41,126 nt of DNA from Corallochytrium limacisporum Hawaii. Its lineage: Eukaryota; Protista; Pluriformea. Where the stretch lies: assembly GCA_002811645.1 (NCBI GenBank), contig PDIP01000022.1:355467-396592 (forward strand), given 5' to 3'. A model generated the notes under the pieces. That model worked only from the letters and a program-made list of their open reading frames with translations, did no database searches and was not told the origin of the DNA. Each line of letters opens with the position of its first letter. Position 1 is the stretch's first letter. Shown here in pieces: positions 11,071-20,076 of this stretch. The position numbers and the translations under genes were made by a program.

Positions 11071-13563
11071 ATGAGACTCTCGCTGGCGAGGTTACGGGAA
11101 GTCGTTGACGAGGGAACCGTCAGGGACTCGCATTCCATTCTACACAATGGTGGATCACTTGCAGATAAAGACAAGTTCACTGATGTCGAGGAAGAAGTTG
11201 TTGCTACATACAAGAAAATCTTGCGGACGCTTTCGTTGAACCACCACCGCTTCACTGCCTTCATGAGCTTCCAGTCATTTACGAAGCTAGAAGTCCTCCA
11301 CTTACAGTTCAACCAGCTTCGGTCCTTAAAGGGAATTGGTAGCCTAACGAAATTAAGGGAATGTCTGGTAGGCGGAAATAAGATAAAGTCGGTACCCATA
11401 GAATTGGGACGGTTACAGAAATTGGAAAATCTCGGATTGGAGAACAACCAGTTACTCGATGACTTACCAACAGTTGCAACAGTACTAAAGAGTTGTCTGG
11501 CGCTCAAAACGCTATCTATGAAAAGGAATCCGTGTATGGAAGGAAGGGCTGGCATGGCAGTCAGTAGTAAACGGGACTACCTTATCTGGATGCTACGGAC
11601 AGTGACCAATCTGGATGGAGAACCAGTCACGGAGGAGCAGAGGCAGACCGCAGACAAGACATATCGGCATGCGGACCCGTCACAGGCTAGCCGAAAGGTC
11701 ATGAATTCGTTGGAAACAGAAAATCAAAATCTCAAGGCCCAAATTGATGATGCATTAGATAAGACCAGCAGCAAGGAAATGCAACTTACTGCTCTGCGAG
11801 CCAAGGTGTCAGAATACGAAGCCAGGCTCAAAGAAGAGCAAAACAGAGTCAAGGTACTAAAACAGCAGCTCTCCAGTGAGCATACGGCGCTGACGGATGC
11901 CATTGATCGAATTGCCGTCTTGGAAGAGGTCCGGATCACAGGAGAGACAATTCGATCCGCGCAAGAATTTGCCAGAGAGTCTACACCGATACCTGGGAAA
12001 ACTGAATGGCAAGAATCGCGGGAACTCTTCTGCACACGTATTGTTGAGCCCCTACTGACTGCGGCAGAGTATGCATGCGCATGTATTCCATCTGCTAGAT
12101 TGGTGTCCACAGGTTTGCGTGACAAGTTGTCCTTGCCACAGACTGACTTACATCAGGCATTCGATTTCTTGCCACCCCTGCCGTCGTTTGAGAATAACCT
12201 GACCACTTTGGATGATGCTCTTAAAGAAACGGGACAACTTAGTGCTTGGCTTTGTGATGCGATGTTGCGACACAACCGCGTCTTTCAGGAACTCCATACT
12301 GAAGTTGTAAGCGCAGATATAGTCACCCCAGGGCATGGCGCTGCGAATGAAAGACAGATCGAACACTTGAACCAGCAGATGAACACAGCAACAAATGAGA
12401 TGGATAAGCTGTCCTCTGAGAACGAACAGCTCGTTCGGGAAACAGAAACCCTCCGAAGGGTAAATTTACAGTACCGAGGCCAAATTGAAGCCCTGGAAAA
12501 GGTTGTTCTTGTCCGAAAAGGGGACCCAATACCAAATCCCAGCCGCACGAGAACGTGTGGAGTCCAAGTGATGGATAATAGGGAGGAGCTGGAGACCAGC
12601 ATGATGCAACCGGAAGACAAGCGAAACGTGGCCCTTACTCGTCGTTGGACCAATGTGGCGCGAGAGGCAGAGGAACGGGCCCAAACTTGTCGGTCTGAGG
12701 TAGCGCGTCTGGAAGAGGTTCTCAGAGCTCGGCACCAAGAACTGGCAGAGCTGGAGGGGAGCATGCGCAACCTTGAATCCAGCGCTGCGAAAGCGACCGA
12801 GTCCTTTGACACCTACTCACAGCACATGCAAAAACTCGAGGAGGACATTCGAGGCCAGGAAGGGCAACTTGAGTCTATGCGCACCAATGAAGCTGTGCTG
12901 CAGAGATCGATTAACACACTGCAGCAAAGTCAACGCGACTGTATGGACCAAGCGACCCAGGCAGCAGAGCTCCTCCACCGCGTTCACAGTGCTATACACC
13001 ATCTCTCTGCGCGTGACCCGCGCACTTTCCGGTGCCAGTGTGGCCTACGAGAAAACGATGGACCTCTAGAGATCCCCATTGTAAGTGTGGCACGTTGTCT
13101 GCACGGCAATCTAACGACCTGTCGCAGCGCTCTGGAAGAGTTCACAGCGAAGGAAGCCACTGCCAAGGATTCTATTGAGCGCCTTGAATCCGTTCTTGCC
13201 CTTAAGACGCAGCAGAGGGACAGCCTCGAGGCCGAGATGGGTCGCCTGACCCAAGCGGTGCGTAAGCAAGAAAGTAAGTACCATCGAATCGAAGACAAAG
13301 TGCAGAAGGAATACAATCTGCACCAAAAAATGCAACGGGTGCTACAGGAGACAACACGAACTTTGGCCAACTCCCCGGTGTCGGCAGGTAAACCCAGCCG
13401 TTCCAGAACACAACCATCCCTTGCGCTGGAGGACTTGGACGGCAACGACGACAGCGACGCTGAGAACATTACTGGCAGCAACATCAGAAATGAGGGCTTT
13501 GATGCCATACTCGAGGAAGCTGATCGTGTACTAAGTCGGTCCTTGTCCCGGCAGCAGTATTGA
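11071..13563 (+). CDS. LRR plus long coiled-coil protein, centriolin/CEP110-like
   Basis: SDS22-type LRRs (LEVLHLQFNQLRSL, LENLGLENNQL), LRR cap YLIWMLRTVTNLDGEPVTEEQR, then about 550 aa rich in heptad coiled coil. First ATG is 11071; the start is uncertain. Confidence 0.72.
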   Translation: MRLSLARLREVVDEGTVRDSHSILHNGGSLADKDKFTDVEEEVVATYKKILRTLSLNHHRFTAFMSFQSFTKLEVLHLQFNQLRSLKGIGSLTKLRECLVGGNKIKSVPIELGRLQKLENLGLENNQLLDDLPTVATVLKSCLALKTLSMKRNPCMEGRAGMAVSSKRDYLIWMLRTVTNLDGEPVTEEQRQTADKTYRHADPSQASRKVMNSLETENQNLKAQIDDALDKTSSKEMQLTALRAKVSEYEARLKEEQNRVKVLKQQLSSEHTALTDAIDRIAVLEEVRITGETIRSAQEFARESTPIPGKTEWQESRELFCTRIVEPLLTAAEYACACIPSARLVSTGLRDKLSLPQTDLHQAFDFLPPLPSFENNLTTLDDALKETGQLSAWLCDAMLRHNRVFQELHTEVVSADIVTPGHGAANERQIEHLNQQMNTATNEMDKLSSENEQLVRETETLRRVNLQYRGQIEALEKVVLVRKGDPIPNPSRTRTCGVQVMDNREELETSMMQPEDKRNVALTRRWTNVAREAEERAQTCRSEVARLEEVLRARHQELAELEGSMRNLESSAAKATESFDTYSQHMQKLEEDIRGQEGQLESMRTNEAVLQRSINTLQQSQRDCMDQATQAAELLHRVHSAIHHLSARDPRTFRCQCGLRENDGPLEIPIVSVARCLHGNLTTCRSALEEFTAKEATAKDSIERLESVLALKTQQRDSLEAEMGRLTQAVRKQESKYHRIEDKVQKEYNLHQKMQRVLQETTRTLANSPVSAGKPSRSRTQPSLALEDLDGNDDSDAENITGSNIRNEGFDAILEEADRVLSRSLSRQQY

Positions 13564-13627
13564 AGGGAATAGGGAAGTGGAGAAGGTGCCCTGTCTGGAA
13601 CCTCACCAGCTGGGGTGTGCGGAGCCA

Positions 13628-13647
13628 CCCCCGCCCCGCCCCGCCCT
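13628..13647. promoter_or_regulatory. Tandem GC boxes (Sp/KLF-type)
   Basis: cccccgccccgccccgccc about 340 bp upstream of the ATG at 13984. Confidence 0.3.
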
Positions 13648-13983
13648 CTTTTTTCCCTGGGAAGGGTTTTCGGGTAGTGGGAGGGTGCGGGTCCCGCGTC
13701 GCGTGGGGGGGCCGACATGAGCCTCTTCCTAGCCTAGCAGCTGGTTTGCACTGTACCAAATGCTGGTATTTCAGCACTGCTGAATGTCTTTAGCATAAAC
13801 AATTACGTTAATCTGTGAATAGAAGAGTGTCGCGTGAAAGCCTGGGAAACAGAGGCGCTGTGAGTGGATAGAACCAATGTGAGCGGAATCTGCTGTGTTT
13901 GACTTGACTACGAACACAATAAACATTCACAACAGGAACGGGTTTTGTTGGCAGCGCACTTGCCATTGCCAGCACAGAAAAAA

Positions 13984-14958
13984 ATGGAGCACGTACCAAA
14001 TATTGTCGCTGCTGAACACGGGGCCAAGAGGCTCCTGTCTAAACTGATGCGGAAGGACGGTGCCTCTCCGGACGAGGTTCCAGCGATGCCGGACTCAGAG
14101 CCGAAGCGCAGAGCGGGCAGCGCATTGAAGGCAGCCGATCATTCCACAGCATCACAAACTAATCGCGAAGATAAACTAGAGAAACGAATAATTACTACCA
14201 AACACCGTCGGGTCCTTGACCTGGCCAAGTCCAAACAGGACCAGTCAAAGAAACGAAAGGAGCGGTCTGATGACCGTGACCGATCAGGGAGTGTGAACGA
14301 TCGCTACAAGCCAGTAGAAGAAGAAGAATCGCGTGGTGCCATGTTTAGGACGAAAAAACAAAAGACCACCACCAGTCTGGCAGCAAAAGCCATTTCAGTT
14401 GCAACCACAGCATCATCGGCTACAAAGCATGTTTGCGCGGCCACGGCAGGCACGGGGCTAACGAAGGGGCAGAGAAAACGGCTACGAGAGAAGCGCAAGA
14501 AGCTGGAAGCACAGCATCGTGTGGCCACGGAAGCACAAGAGGAAGATCTAACTGTGGCTAATAACAGTAACAAAGACGAAGGGAAGGAACCTAATGCAGA
14601 GGACGAGGAGAAACACGATGGTGGCGACATAGAGGCTGGAGAAGGATTCCAGGGAGGCTGGGGATATTTCGATAACGATGACGATGATGGTGAGGAAACC
14701 AAAGCTGATGGTAAAGAGACCTCGGACAAGACCGTCGCAGAAGATCAGAAGAACCCATTCACGTCCAATGGCAGTGACCACCCGGTGGAACAGGCCGCCA
14801 CTAACAAGAGCAACAAGAACAGGAAGCGACATCGCAAGAAAACCCGCAGCCGCCAGAAGAACATTCGCAAGGACACGCGGCCAACCCACCTGAAGCCCAA
14901 TTATCTGCCGGTGCGAACTAAGATCGCTGGCCCGAGCAGTGCCACACACAGAGACTGA
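13984..14958 (+). CDS. Lys/Arg- and Asp/Glu-rich low-complexity protein, probably nucleolar
   Basis: 324 aa from the first ATG. Basic NLS/NoLS-like tracts (LTKGQRKRLREKRKK; RKRHRKKTRSRQKNIRKDTRP) and an acidic tract. Confidence 0.7.
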   Translation: MEHVPNIVAAEHGAKRLLSKLMRKDGASPDEVPAMPDSEPKRRAGSALKAADHSTASQTNREDKLEKRIITTKHRRVLDLAKSKQDQSKKRKERSDDRDRSGSVNDRYKPVEEEESRGAMFRTKKQKTTTSLAAKAISVATTASSATKHVCAATAGTGLTKGQRKRLREKRKKLEAQHRVATEAQEEDLTVANNSNKDEGKEPNAEDEEKHDGGDIEAGEGFQGGWGYFDNDDDDGEETKADGKETSDKTVAEDQKNPFTSNGSDHPVEQAATNKSNKNRKRHRKKTRSRQKNIRKDTRPTHLKPNYLPVRTKIAGPSSATHRD

Positions 14959-15340
14959 GATGTGCCTGGCCCACTCCACTCTTCTTCCCCCCCTCCCTCC
15001 GGCCCGAGCCCGGGCTTGGATTAGTGTTAAAGAAAATCTTAAATTCGATTGAACTTGAGACCGGTACCTGTGGTCTGCCGTGTGATCCCGCGTGGTTGTA
15101 ATTTGGATTCATGTGTACACCTGGATGGTATGTGACGATAGACTGGTCTTTTATCTCTCTGTTGTTGACATTGCGCAGAAAATGATAGACATGTAACTAT
15201 ATGGACAGTATTTTAACCTCTAGAAAGCGAGCCTGAATCAATCTACCATGGCATGAGTTTGGCATGGGTGTGGTTTGGATCTAGAGCAACCTGCGATCAA
15301 GATTTCGCATTTAGACTTAGAAAATTGCATTCTTTGAATC

Positions 15341-17935
15341 ATGGCTACAGCTGCCGTGCTATCAGAGCATGCTGGTAAGGAACGGGCTGCTAAGGCAGCT
15401 CAGAAATTCCATGATCTTTTGGATCTCGAATTCGCAGAAGAAGTTGCCCAGACTCAGGAGATCCATGAGATCCTGTCCAATTCTGAGCTCAAAGCTCGAG
15501 GAATCGTGTTGTACCCTTTAGCACTTGCAGGCACTCGTACAGTTATGGGCGGTAAAATAGAATTGAGTATCGACTACGCCGGCGGTGACACGGCGGCTAT
15601 AACGGCGCGGCGGCAGAGTGCGAAAGCCTCTGCAGCGACGAATCAGTCGAAGGGCAGTAGAAGCGCTGGCCGAAGCAAAGGGGTGAGAGCAACAAAGAAC
15701 AGAAAGGGCGCCGGCAGCTCCGTTGCGACGAAGAAGAGTGCAGCTGGCGGAGGTGGTGGATCCGTGTTGTACCCACCGCACAAATTCAGACCGGGAGACA
15801 TAGTATCCCTTGGCCCATACTCGAAGGCTGTGAACCGGGCGATGCAAGCCGCCGCAGATGGCAGCGGCCCTGGTGTGGACGATCTGTTTGAAGTCCAGGC
15901 TGTGGTAACAAAAGTGAGGGATGACCGGATATGTGTGGTGCTGAATTCTGGAGGGAAGGGTGAAGACGATGGATCCAAAGATCTCCAAGCGCTCGACACC
16001 CTTGGCAATCTCGATGCCCTACGCATGTGCCAGGCGGCCAACGATGCAACACAAAAACGTTTAGTTCGGGCGGTGGACATGGTCTGTGGTTTGGCATCGG
16101 AGAGTTCTGGGCATCTCCGAGCGAACCCATCAGCGAGGTCTACAAAGGGTGAGGCGCAGGCGTTGCCACCGTCAGAGTCCAAGCCGTCACGTCTAGCACA
16201 GTCCGCATGGTCAAGTCCGTCGGCGCCAATCTTTGCCGCCCTATTTTCATCAGCAGATAAGACCACGGAGGCGCGTAAGTCATTGGAGTTGCAACTTATT
16301 GATCCTGCTCAGTGTTCCAGCAGCGGTCCTGAAGACGGCGACCCGGAACTTCTGTGGAATAACCCTGGCCTTGACCATAGCCAAAAGGCCGCGGTGATAC
16401 ACTGCCTGCGTAGTCGATTGATAGCAATGATACATGGACCTCCTGGCACGGGTAAGACAATGACCCTAGTTGAAGTTATACACCAGCTTCTGCAACGACG
16501 CAAGGATGGACATGGAAATATATTACCAGCCCATCCAGACCGCGAACCGACAGGAGCTGTTGACGGACAGCAGACTTGGCCGCTGCGGATCTTAGTCTGC
16601 GGACCGTCAAATGTGAGTGCCGACAACGTAGCGGAGCGTCTTCTGAAGCGAAATATTGTCTCACGCGACCGTTTGGTACGTGTGGGGCACCCGGCACGGA
16701 TGCTCCCATCTCTGATCGACGCCTGCCTGGATGCGCAGGCCGAGCGCAGCGACTCTGCATCTCTGGCCCGCGATGCCCGCAAAGAACTAGACCGTCTGGC
16801 CAAGGAATTGGGCAAAAAGGGAGCCATGACGCGTGAGGACCGGGCTGCTGCACGTACTGAAATTAAGAATCTGCGCAGAGATTTCCGGACCCTCGATCGC
16901 CAAGCCTCACTTGAAGTCCTGGAGCGGGCGTCCGTGGTGGTCGCAACATGCGTCGGAACGCACAGCGGGCAGTTATGGCGCCTCCGAGACGCCCTGTCCA
17001 TGAAGCAGGGTGCAATAGACGGAGGTTATTTCGACTATGCCATTATTGATGAAGCATCGCAGGCCATTGAAGCTGCCGCTTGGCTACCAATGCTCATGGC
17101 TAAACGTGTGATTCTGGCAGGTGATCACCTCCAATTGCCACCAACAGTCCTCTCTACCAAAGCAGAGGACAAGGGGCTTGCACGAACAGTCTTTGACCGG
17201 TTGGTTGCGCGCAAGGCCCTGAGTGACACAGTGATGCGCATGCTGCAAGTACAGTACCGCATGCACAAGAACATCGCTGAATGGAGCTCCAAGAAGCTAT
17301 ACCATTCTAAATTGTTTGCCCACGACAGCGTTGCGGCGCATTTGCTCTGCGGCCTGCCCTCCGTGGAGACCATTGAGGAGACGGAAACAGCTGTGTGGTT
17401 CATTGACACAGCGGGTTGTGAGCTGCGAGAGATTGATGGCGCTTCTGGTGGTGACCATAGGAGTAATGGCCCTTCCAAGAGGGCCAAAGTCCTCTTCGGT
17501 GAAGACGCTAGTCGCAGTAACCCGGGGGAGGCCGAACTGTGCATCAAGCACCTAACCACACTCTTGAAGGTTGGACTGGATCCCTCTGAAGTGGCCATCA
17601 TCACACCGTACAATGCGCAAGTTGCTTTGTTGCGATCGATGGTAGCGGACGCTGTGCCGAACATTGAACCGGGCACCATAGAGATTGGCTCTGTAGATGG
17701 CTTCCAGGGTCGTGAAAAGGAGGCTGTGATTCTAAGTTTTGTGCGCAGCAACAACGACCGGGAGGTGGGTTTCCTTGCTGACATCCGGCGCATAAATGTC
17801 GCCGTGACTCGGGCCCGACGGCACCTCTGCGTCATCTGTGATAGCGAGACCATGTCCAGTAATAGTGACTTGGACTCTCTGGTGCAGCACCTCTTTGATG
17901 TTGGTGAGGTGCGCTCAGCGGATCAGTATGAGTGA
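15341..17935 (+). CDS. IGHMBP2: SF1 Upf1-like helicase, IGHMBP2/SMUBP-2/Hcs1 type
   Basis: 864 aa. N-terminal LLDLEFAEE...ELKARG, GPPGTGKT, DEASQA, LAGDHLQLPP, QYRMH, GSVDGFQGREKE, RRINVAVTRARR. No R3H or AN1 tail. Confidence 0.9.
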   Translation: MATAAVLSEHAGKERAAKAAQKFHDLLDLEFAEEVAQTQEIHEILSNSELKARGIVLYPLALAGTRTVMGGKIELSIDYAGGDTAAITARRQSAKASAATNQSKGSRSAGRSKGVRATKNRKGAGSSVATKKSAAGGGGGSVLYPPHKFRPGDIVSLGPYSKAVNRAMQAAADGSGPGVDDLFEVQAVVTKVRDDRICVVLNSGGKGEDDGSKDLQALDTLGNLDALRMCQAANDATQKRLVRAVDMVCGLASESSGHLRANPSARSTKGEAQALPPSESKPSRLAQSAWSSPSAPIFAALFSSADKTTEARKSLELQLIDPAQCSSSGPEDGDPELLWNNPGLDHSQKAAVIHCLRSRLIAMIHGPPGTGKTMTLVEVIHQLLQRRKDGHGNILPAHPDREPTGAVDGQQTWPLRILVCGPSNVSADNVAERLLKRNIVSRDRLVRVGHPARMLPSLIDACLDAQAERSDSASLARDARKELDRLAKELGKKGAMTREDRAAARTEIKNLRRDFRTLDRQASLEVLERASVVVATCVGTHSGQLWRLRDALSMKQGAIDGGYFDYAIIDEASQAIEAAAWLPMLMAKRVILAGDHLQLPPTVLSTKAEDKGLARTVFDRLVARKALSDTVMRMLQVQYRMHKNIAEWSSKKLYHSKLFAHDSVAAHLLCGLPSVETIEETETAVWFIDTAGCELREIDGASGGDHRSNGPSKRAKVLFGEDASRSNPGEAELCIKHLTTLLKVGLDPSEVAIITPYNAQVALLRSMVADAVPNIEPGTIEIGSVDGFQGREKEAVILSFVRSNNDREVGFLADIRRINVAVTRARRHLCVICDSETMSSNSDLDSLVQHLFDVGEVRSADQYE

Positions 17936-18290
17936 AGAGGGGGGCCCGCGTTAATGATTGAAGAAAGGGGACCCGCGTTGGGTGCGCCTGCAGGGGGAAT
18001 CAGATTACTGTTCGGACCACTTGGGGTGTGCAAACGATTGGATGGTCATCTCCAAATTTTCGTGTGGGAACACTCTCATCTGTTTGGAGGACTCCTTGGT
18101 TCGACAGTGAAGGAATTGTGCACACAGCCGAGGTAAATCCATGTATGTCCTTGTGCTCATGAGCCCCTTTATGCACATTGCTGCAGCTGACATGTATTTG
18201 TAGAATGGTCTTTAGGTGTTATTAATAGAGGAGATCTTTATCAGCAGCGGCGAAGTGTGGAGTGGAAGTTGCCATCCGTACACAAAGGTA

Positions 18291-19925
18291 ATGGAGTATG
18301 ACCTGGCTGTGGTCTATAATGACCTAGTCAACGGTGGGCGTACCGGCCAGTCAACGGGATACGACTCATTGCACAAGATTCAGCACTATGGCCATGGGCA
18401 AGGTCCACCAGACTTCTCCTACGCCGGCTACGGGCACTCTGAGGCCCCCATTCCTGTTCCTTCGGCCATAGAACCTACTGGTCGAAGACTCAACGTCTGT
18501 GACTATGGTCTTGTGGCTGATGGATATACGGACAACAGTTCAACACTACAGAAACTATTGGATCAGGTCGTTCAAACCAACGATGTCGTCTTCTTTCCCT
18601 CCGGTACCTATGCGCTCCGCAGCCAGGTGACATTCTTTGCGTACGCTCGCGGTCTCCAGAACATTCGGTTCGTGGGAGAAGGCCGGTGCCACTCGGTGAT
18701 CTTTAGTCATGTGCGCCGCGACAATTTCCACGAGGCGGGTTTCGTGGTTCGTGGTTCAGATCCACAGACATCCTACGGCCCGGTGATAGGTACCGTTATT
18801 GGGGACGTATACGTGGCCGGATCGCATTCAGTTAAAGTTAAACGGGTCAAATCAGTGCCGAAGGGTGAGGATGCCTCCACATGGCCAGATCAGCCGAGAC
18901 CGGGCGATCCGATCCTCATTCGTCAGCGCCCAAAGCGAGAACATTTTGCATCAATCTTCGGACGCAGCGCCCTGCCGAAGAATGACCAAGGATTCGGTGC
19001 CAAGTCGGATGAACTTATACTCGTCCATCTGACAGTGGAGAAAGTAGACCGGGATAAACAATCCCACAATTCCTCGGATATAGAGACTTGGCATTTCAAA
19101 GAACCGCTTCCGTACACTCTTATTGGGCATGACTTGCACAAGGACATAGCGCCAGTCGAACTGCGTGCGGCAAACTTTACTGAAGGAATAGGGTTCGATA
19201 ATTTAGGGTTCGCCACAGCCTGGCGTAACTATCCAGAAGAGTTTCGTCACCACAAAGACAAAACTCATGATTTCGGCTTCAATGGCCTCTGCATTCGCAA
19301 CTGCCGAAACGTCTGGGTGCGCAAGTGTGGCTTTTACGATGCCAACATTGGTCTGCTGCTCTTTGGATGCCACTGTGCGTCGGTGCTGGAAAATGTGGCC
19401 GACGGGAAGGTGGGACATTTTTGCTTCACTATCGAGTTCTCTAGCTTCGTTTTGTCAGCTTTCAATCGATCGGTGACGGACTATTGGCATGGACCGATCT
19501 CCACCAATGGCCGGGCCATGGGCTGTGTATGGCTGGACGTTCACGCCTGCTGCGACCAGCGTTGCGACTTCCATACCCGTGCCATATGCATGACCCTATT
19601 GGACAATTACCATGGCGGCACTCTAGCAGGCAATGGTGGTGCTAAGCACGACCTTCCGCACCATTGGAACTCACTATGGATCTGGAACATGACCCATAGA
19701 GCCACACGGGACTCGCATTATGACTTTTGGCCCACAGATCTAAGCCACTGGCCTCAGTCTATGTTTTCGGAATGTCACGTTGTTGGGCTACGGTCGGAAC
19801 ATTCAGTATCGCAGAAGAATGCGACGACTTGGGTGACGGACTGGCAATCGGAAATCCCTTCCCTTTTCTTGGCGCAGCTGGAGCGACGTCTGCGATCATC
19901 AGAGGACAGAATGACTAAGAAGTGA
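18291..19925 (+). CDS. Pectate-lyase-superfamily beta-helix protein with a DUF4955-like C-terminus (bacterial type)
   Basis: PDFSYAGY; NVCDYGLVADGYTDNS..LQK..D...VVFFPSGTY (Pectate_lyase_3-like start); GNGGAKHDLPHH...WIWN; PSLFLAQLERRL. First ATG is 18291. Confidence 0.8.
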   Translation: MEYDLAVVYNDLVNGGRTGQSTGYDSLHKIQHYGHGQGPPDFSYAGYGHSEAPIPVPSAIEPTGRRLNVCDYGLVADGYTDNSSTLQKLLDQVVQTNDVVFFPSGTYALRSQVTFFAYARGLQNIRFVGEGRCHSVIFSHVRRDNFHEAGFVVRGSDPQTSYGPVIGTVIGDVYVAGSHSVKVKRVKSVPKGEDASTWPDQPRPGDPILIRQRPKREHFASIFGRSALPKNDQGFGAKSDELILVHLTVEKVDRDKQSHNSSDIETWHFKEPLPYTLIGHDLHKDIAPVELRAANFTEGIGFDNLGFATAWRNYPEEFRHHKDKTHDFGFNGLCIRNCRNVWVRKCGFYDANIGLLLFGCHCASVLENVADGKVGHFCFTIEFSSFVLSAFNRSVTDYWHGPISTNGRAMGCVWLDVHACCDQRCDFHTRAICMTLLDNYHGGTLAGNGGAKHDLPHHWNSLWIWNMTHRATRDSHYDFWPTDLSHWPQSMFSECHVVGLRSEHSVSQKNATTWVTDWQSEIPSLFLAQLERRLRSSEDRMTKK

Positions 19926-20076
19926 ACAAGTTTACCATACCCACCATGGCAATTGCCAATTTATGTATATCTCACGATAGAATAAACGATAGATAAATGC
20001 CAAGTCTATAATGTCATAGCCATTATGGTAGTCATTCTCACTTCTTGAACGAGAGATGGCCGGCAACAGACCAACA

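Noticed and set aside
17933-17979. Short imperfect direct repeat (tgaaga..gggg.cccgcgtt) as a target-site duplication for the DUF4955 gene
   Set aside because: Both copies lie on the same side of the gene, so it looks like a local tandem duplication.
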